From Eledone cirrhosa (Eukaryota), in NCBI GenBank assembly GCA_964016885.1, contig OZ024741.1, forward strand, positions 395,064,001-395,128,000: a DNA stretch of 64,000 bases. Direction: 5' to 3'. The notes under the pieces were generated by a model. The model was not told the origin of the DNA, made no database searches, and was given only the letters and a program-made list of their open reading frames with translations. Numbering within the stretch: position 1 is the stretch's first letter; each line of letters begins with the position of its first letter. Of this stretch, positions 57,540-64,000 are shown piece by piece. A program made the position numbers and the translations under genes.

Positions 57540-58640
57540 TTTCAGCCTCTTTTCATTTTAATTGAATGAATCCAAGAAAAAACAATTTTATAAAAATTGT
57601 TTTCTTCTTAAAATCAATATCAACAGAACAAACTGTTTCTGCCTTTCGATCTTGATATATTTGATCTGGAGTAGAATCAAACAGGAGACCCAAATACTTG
57701 GACATATGCAGCAATTTCTGATAAACTGTAGAAGTCATTGAGCACCTGAGTACATCAATTTTGCACAGAGATAAATACAATAATCTTTCAGGGGTTTTTC
57801 TACATTACTGAGCTCAAAATTTGCCAACAATTTTGATACTCTATTCCAAAATTTCTAAAATTGCCTTTTTTTTTCTTGTAAAATTCAAGGTTTTGAGTTG
57901 CTAAAAAATTATGCAATAGAGAATTTTGTTTTCCTGGCGCAATTGAGCTTGAAGCTCTATATGAATGAATCTTCTATTTTCTAAAAACATATTTTCCACT
58001 TTGTGAAGCAGTGTTGATAATTTTATGGCTTTTTTTATATGCGTTAAGCAATTTTTGTGTTTTCTAATGATCAAATCCAATTTCTTGTAACAATGAAGAC
58101 CAATTGGCATTTCATGAAAAAACAAACTATAAAAGCAAACAGATGCTTTCTTCTCTAGGGAAAAAATAAGCAATGGGTACCAAATTTCTTTTTCATATCC
58201 ATTTCATTCAGTGATTAGTTTTGTATTGGAACAAATGGCCTTTTACTATTTTGAAAATAGTTTGAATCAAATGTAACCATTTCTTTCCACAATGCATCTG
58301 ATAAAATTACATATTTTAATATATTATTAAAATCCAAGAAATCTACATTATAATATTGAATCCCACTTGCTATAGGCATTCTATGATTTTTTTTTTTTTT
58401 GATATTCAATGTTTTAATATATTCTGCCTCTTTGAAAAATACTTCTGTTTCTTGAATGGCACACAGTTCTCCTCCTGATATATAGACAGGTTGGGTTGAT
58501 TTACACTAATTCCTAATGCAATTGATACTGATGAAAAAACAAGTTTTTTAAAGAAATAACACCATAAAAGAAAAACACATGACCTTTTAGATTCTGCTTC
58601 TTACATTTTCTGTTTCTTCTTGGTTGCTTCTTCACCCATC
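57540..58640 (-). mobile_element. Degenerate hAT-type transposase remnant
   Basis: KYLGLLFDSTPD...FLGFIQ resembles the hAT first catalytic-Asp region. Fragmented frames upstream. Confidence 0.6.
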
Positions 58641-58960
58641 TTGATTGTATGTACTGGCAATATTCACTTCATGGTTAAGTTTTTGAAAGAAAGAAACACC
58701 CACACATGCATGTATGTCTATGTATATATATATATATTTATATATATATATAATAAATAAGATGTCAGAGTGAATATATAATAGCCCCCTAGCATGTTTT
58801 CATCAGAAAGTGTAAGATATATTTTCCTACCTATTGATATGTTACTGGTTTCTGGTGGTGTTTACATCGCTGTCCAGTACACATATGAATAGTATTGCGA
58901 TTCTAGTAGTTATATATGGAGTGGGAGGGTGTGGGGGCTTGTGAGTATACATACATACAT

Positions 58961-59527
58961 GGTGGTGGCCACTACTTTATATCCATGTAGGAGAACCCCT
59001 ACCGATGCGCTGAACGAATGTGACTTTTTAGTCCAGCCTGCGACATGAAAACTCTGGTACAAACACTACACTTGTGACAATTATTGACACATAGTGCTGG
59101 GCCCATGGTACCATGTGACGACAAGTGCAGAGAGATCTCCAGATATAAAGCAATGCCTGTGCCGTGAAGCTTTTATAGTGAGCAAAGGCACTGCACAAAG
59201 CCAGTCCCACTCTCTTAACCAAGATGATATTTACCAAAAAGAAGAACAATTCAACATCATTGGATACCATCAGGGTTGCAGGTGTTATATCAGAGTTTTC
59301 CTTCTCCTAGAATTCTGCCTTGACAAAGGCTAAGGAGCCATCTCTTCCGGTGATTTTAGATGGCCATTGACTCTTAAGAGCTCCTTTGCCCTTTGACAGG
59401 TTTTGTTTTTAGTCCTGCAGGATGTCCAAAGTCACCCCCCTCACCAAGAAACCTTGGTGGGGTTGCCAGTTTAGTCGCCAACGACCCGACCATGAGACAG
59501 GCTGTACTGGGATACATGTTACCAGTT
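58961..59527 (-). mobile_element. RTE 5'UTR-like element inserted in a (TACA)n run
   Basis: Minus-strand TTAGCCTTTGTCAAGGCAG..TTCTAGGAGAAGGAAAACTCTG resembles a motif common in RTE 5'UTRs. TACATACATACAT on both flanks. Confidence 0.45.
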
Positions 59528-59789
59528 ACATACATACATACATATAATGAATTTGAAGTTTGAAAGCCACAACAATGCAGGTTTGGATGGAGAATAATTA
59601 AATCTTGTTTTTTACCTTAAACAAGCCCTATTTCTTACAATTTAATTATTCTCCATCCAAACTTACGTTGCCATGGCTTTCAAACTTTGAATTCTTTATA
59701 CCATATACAATGCTTCAAGTAAACTACGAATTCTTTATATTCATACATATATATATATTGTTATTATTATTACCATCCTTCTCAAAAGA

Positions 59790-60732
59790 CCATGGATTTG
59801 CACCTGGAGAATTTTGTTTCAGCTTTTGATGTTAGTGCTGCATCCATTGTGGCTGTACAGGCCCACGTGAGAGTGACAGTCTTGTATGCAGCAACTGCAT
59901 TTGAAGATGGTCTCCTCCAATATTATTATGTTGTCCTTCCTCTGACTGTGCTTTTCCTCAGCAGCAAGTTTCAATTTCCCTTCCTCATGCTCCAGCCCCT
60001 GGCATAAAACTCATCTTCTGCATGAGCAATCATTTGTCACCTCTTCCCATCTCTGGACATCCAAATCTATCGACATCATATCCCTTTTGCAGATGATGTA
60101 TGTGATTTAGCCAGTGCAGTTAGTGCTGTTGGAGCAGGATTAGAGAGTTTGTTCATAAGGTGCTGTATTTGTGCCTCAGAATGCATGGCTAATGGTGTGT
60201 TATCAACAAACAGCATTTCTCTGATAAGTACCTGAAGAACTCTAGATTTTGCCTTCAGCCTTGACAATCTAAACAGCCTCTTGTCTTATCTGGTGTGGAG
60301 TTAGACACCATCAGTCAATGTTCTAAATGCATGTTTCAGTATGACTGTGAAAAAGATATCAAACAGGGTAGGGGCAAACACACAGCCCTGCTTCTCAATG
60401 CAACAAATGTTAAATGCCTTCGAAAAAAGCTATCGGATTGAACAACACCTTTCATATTCACATGGAATGATTGGACTACCCTGAAAAGTTTTGGGGGACA
60501 ACCAATCTTGGCAAGGATTTTGGACAGGCCTTCTCTATTAACTAGGTCAAATGCCTTTGTGAAGTCAATGAATATAGAGTTGTTGCCTTTGCACTCAGCA
60601 CTTCTCTTGCCGTTGTCAAAGGGAGAAGATCATGTTGGTGGTGGAGCATCTGAGATTCAGGGTACACCCTCTCAGCAATTTTCTGTAGTCTATTAAGTAC
60701 CACGTGGGCAAAAACCTTCCCAACGATGTTCA
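59790..60732 (-). mobile_element. BovB-like RTE RT fragment, degenerate
   Basis: IVGKVFAHVVLNRLQKIAERVYPESQ, FIDFTKAFDLV, GCPPK, KQGCVFAPTLF, SRLKAKSRV...REMLF.D. Confidence 0.8.
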
Positions 60733-61211
60733 CCTGTCCTGAATTTGAGTGGAGCTATTTTGCTCTGGGTTGAGCTGACGGCTTTCTTGCATACATTCAC
60801 ATAGTTGTAGCCAGTAGTCATTTGCACAGCATCTCACTGTCTTCTGTGTTGCCCAGGTAGGTTAAGAATAAATAGCGGCCAGGAAAGACAATTTCTCATT
60901 TCTCTAAGTATTTCTCCTATGGATACCCCTTAATAATGGATAGAAAATATTGGGACTAATAAATTACTAAGGTACAATCAATCATTCTTGACCTTTTATT
61001 TTTCTCCTCCCACTCTTTGCTTTCTACCTCACCTCTCTCAATTCCCTTCCAGTTTGTATTGTAACTGCTGCCTTTTCCTTTTATATATAAACAAAATTTG
61101 TTTTTGCTCTAACATGGAAGATACCTAAATGTATTTGTGAGTGAGTAATAATAATATTACTAATATTCAGTTCGTTTGCAAGCAAACAGCCTCATAGCAG
61201 AATGTAGCAGA

Positions 61212-61270
61212 GAGAAAATAGTCTACAATTGTTTTGGGGTTATTGCCCCTTATCAAGACTATATATTCTC
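61212..61270 (-). ncRNA. Minimal type-I hammerhead ribozyme motif (Penelope/retrozyme type), decayed
   Basis: Minus strand reads ATAGTC-TTGATAA-GGGG(CAATAA)CCCC-AAAA-CAATTG-TA-GACTAT. All three stems are intact and stem III is palindromic. Core has U3/A8 and G12A. Confidence 0.65.
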
Positions 61271-61454
61271 TTGTCTCTTCTATCTACTGTAACTGTTGAG
61301 AACACATAGTATTTTGTAATGTATGCATCGGATGATTAGCCTAATTTGCATACTACTGCCTTTGCCAAAAATTAAGATCAAAATTTGTTTTCCCTCTAAC
61401 ATAGCAGATACCTAAACATATTCATTAATGAATAATTATAATATTTGAATAATT

Positions 61455-62345
61455 ATCATCATCAAACGTCCGCTTTTCCCTGCTTGCAGGGGGGTGGGGG
61501 GTGGGGACAGGTCCTATTCAGCACAGCATCTCTCTTCTTGTCACAGTCCATTGTCTTTTCTTCTGTAAGTTTCAGCGATCTGAGGTCTGCTCTCACCACC
61601 TCCGCCCATGTATGTTTTTCTGGGATTTCTTGGCACTTCTTTATCCAGCGGTCATTCTCCATGCGCATCACATGTCCATACATCTCAGTCTTCTCTCCTG
61701 CACACCACAACTTATTCCTCTTATACACAGTTTCTCTCTCAACTCATCTATGCTTCGTTGTTCACGCATATTGACATTGCACATCCAACGCAGCATGCTT
61801 GCTTCATTTCTCTCCAGCCATCGCATATCCTCTGCAGTTGCTGCCCAAGCCTCACTACTATGCAGCATCGCGCATCTCACACAGGCATTATATAACTGGC
61901 CTTTTGTACGCAGGGAGAAACCCTTCTTTATCAACAGAGGAAGCAGCTCCCTAAACTTCTTCCAACCCATCCTTATTCTAGATACTATGGCCTCAGAACA
62001 CATCCCTCCCATGCTAATCTGATCACCTAGGTACTGGAAAATATCAACTTCTATAGAACCCGCCTGCATTTGAAAAATGTGTCTATCACTGTGATTACTA
62101 CTGTCAACTTTCACTGTACATCTACTGCATACGTAGTTTTCCCTACCTGTTAGTTTGCCTGCTATCCCACTACATCTCTTGTGTACCCAAGATCTGCATT
62201 GCGTACATTTTATAAAATTTATGCCAGTTCCTTTTCTACATATCGAACATGGCCATTTCCCTGATGGAATCAGAGTTTTGTCTTTATTCTACTTATCAAT
62301 ACTTTTGTCTTAGCTAGGTTCACTCTCAGTCTTCTTGATTCCAAC
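61455..62345 (-). mobile_element. RTE LINE (family B) 3' part
   Basis: FQYLGDQI...RIRMGWKKFRELLPLL...LERNEASMLRWMCNV...QERRLR; (GAT)n tail. Confidence 0.9.
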
Positions 62346-62359
62346 TGCTGTTTCCATTA

Positions 62360-62865
62360 TTAATATTCGGTTTGTTAAATTTTGCTGGCTATCTAACTCG
62401 GAAAAATGGAATATACTCTCACAACTGGCTTCACATAAACACTGCTTAAATATACGCCTTGACTGCTTTAATCACTGTCCACACAAAGCAAAATTCATTC
62501 TGAGTAAATGGTATAGACCTGACTAACTAATTCGAATATCAAGAAATATATTTCTTTGAATTACTAATTTGTGTTTCAAGGAATTTGATTTCTTTGAATT
62601 ACTAACTTAACATAAATTTCCCTACATTTGATATTAGTTTTAAGGTAGTTATCTCCCTTAGACCTATCTCATGATTTTGGTTATTTATAGCCATCTATAG
62701 ATATTTTCGAAATTACCTACCTTTGAAGAGCTCTTATATATTCTTCCCAAAAGAGATTACATTCAATCCTTAGTGGCCATCTTTGTTTTATAACAGGCTG
62801 AAGGGGTTGGGTGTATAACCCAACGAAACTTAAGTTCCAGTATATGTCACTATTGTAACTAATTA
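62360..62865 (+). mobile_element. Penelope-like element 3' end (endonuclease C-terminus, pseudo-LTR, hammerhead motif)
   Basis: FCWLSNSEKWNIL...CLNIRLDCFNHCPHKAKFIL resembles the C.LC..EK..I...LN.R.....C.H..KF C-terminus of PLE GIY-YIG proteins. Hammerhead-like motif at 62793-62842, followed by (TA)n. Confidence 0.6.
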
Positions 62866-63193
62866 TATATATATATATATGTATATAATTTATTCCATAT
62901 AAAAATGAATTCTACAGAACTATAATTGCTTTATTTGTTTGAAATCCTCTGGAAATAAATGAAACAATTTTAGTCGTATAGAAGTAATTTCTATATGAAA
63001 TATACAATGTACTTTCTCTACAAATGTATTGAGTACTTTATTTAACTGTGGTCTTTTTCTGTTTCTCTTCCCAAAATCATTCTTAATCAAGTATATATAT
63101 ATATATAGTAATAATAATAAATTTGAAGACTAAAATCCAAAGGAGGCTCGATAAGGATAAATATATATCAAATATATAAGAACCGTAGAGCAA

Positions 63194-63330
63194 ATATTTA
63201 TTAAAATAACAGATTAAAGTTTAAGCAAAGAATCGCTGCTTTCACCCTTAACAAGATCTTCTGAAACTTAAGTTAAGGGTGAAAGCAGCGATTCTTTGCT
63301 TAAACTTTAATCTGTTATTTTAATAAATAT
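63194..63330. repeat. Perfect 59-bp inverted repeat with 19-bp spacer
   Basis: 63194-63252 is the exact reverse complement of 63272-63330. Confidence 0.95.
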
Positions 63331-63637
63331 ATATATATATATTCATTTAGGTTTGTTGGTTCACCACTGGATAGAACTGGTCATTCCGTATAGTCAATCG
63401 TGATGTAATATTGGGAAAACCACTCAACGTAATGCAACTCCCCCATCTTCGTTTATGTTGAATCTTGATGGTAGTGCGAGAACAGAGTTAATTATTTTTT
63501 AGTAAAATGACAGGTGGCTGGACTGGTGAAATTCCTTAAAAGTTTATTATAAACAGTATGCACATTTCAATGACTGAGCTCTGCAAAAACCCGGTGACAT
63601 CATCAGGTATTACAAAATTTATCTAATAAAGGAATAT

Positions 63638-63817
63638 AATAATTGTTTCTACTTTTGGCACAAGGCCAGCAATTACCCAGTGTATTACTGAACTTTATTT
63701 TATCGACCCCGTAAGGATGAAAGGCAAAGTTAACCTCGGCAGGATTTGAACTCAGATCATAAAGGGACGTAACTCTATGCTTCAAAGCATGGCGTCCGAC
63801 TCTCTACCGATACTGCC
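63638..63817 (-). mobile_element. SINE family A with 16-bp TSD
   Basis: Reverse match. AAAGGAATATAATAAT on both sides. Confidence 0.9.
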
Positions 63818-64000
63818 AAAGGAATATAATAATGGTAGACACAATCGAAGGGGCTGAAAAGTAGAGAGAAATGTTTAAGACCTGAAGGCAGCCAGAGCCA
63901 GCAGTTGCCAGCCTGGGTGATCGCCTTCCAGTGAGGAATCTACTTAATTTCATCTTGTCGGTTTGGTTAGGGAGCTGTATGCCAAGTATATGTATATGTG

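Noticed and set aside
58800-58806. Minus-strand CTGATGA hammerhead core
   Set aside because: No stem II or correctly placed GAAA follows.

Overview
AT-rich, repeat-dense animal genomic DNA, most likely from an octopod or other coleoid cephalopod (inferred from the RTE LINE and tRNA/CORE-type SINE repertoire and the TA/TACA microsatellites). One host gene is supported: Bicaudal-D (dynein adaptor) on the minus strand. Its coding exon 1 (47963-48220) splices in phase 0 across a ~22.5-kb intron to a very large exon 2 (23215/23272-25467). The rest is transposon debris: many RTE LINE fragments, CR1-type, CRE-clade and BovB-like fragments, two SINE families, a TTAA-bounded MITE, a full-length decayed Chapaev3 transposon, hAT and Gypsy remnants, and Penelope-like pieces with minimal hammerhead-ribozyme motifs. 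About 11 kb of intron 1 is alternating purine-pyrimidine microsatellite, which generates all the giant Y/I/H/T/C/V/M ORFs; these are artefacts. No novel system is proven. The best leads are the hammerhead-bearing Penelope/retrozyme-like units, BicD isoform switches at both ends of the protein, a SINE pile-up at one target motif, a SINE with a chimeric two-LINE tail, and the strand-polarised giant microsatellites interrupted by LINEs. Boundaries of degenerate repeats are approximate, and family names come from motif recognition rather than database searches.
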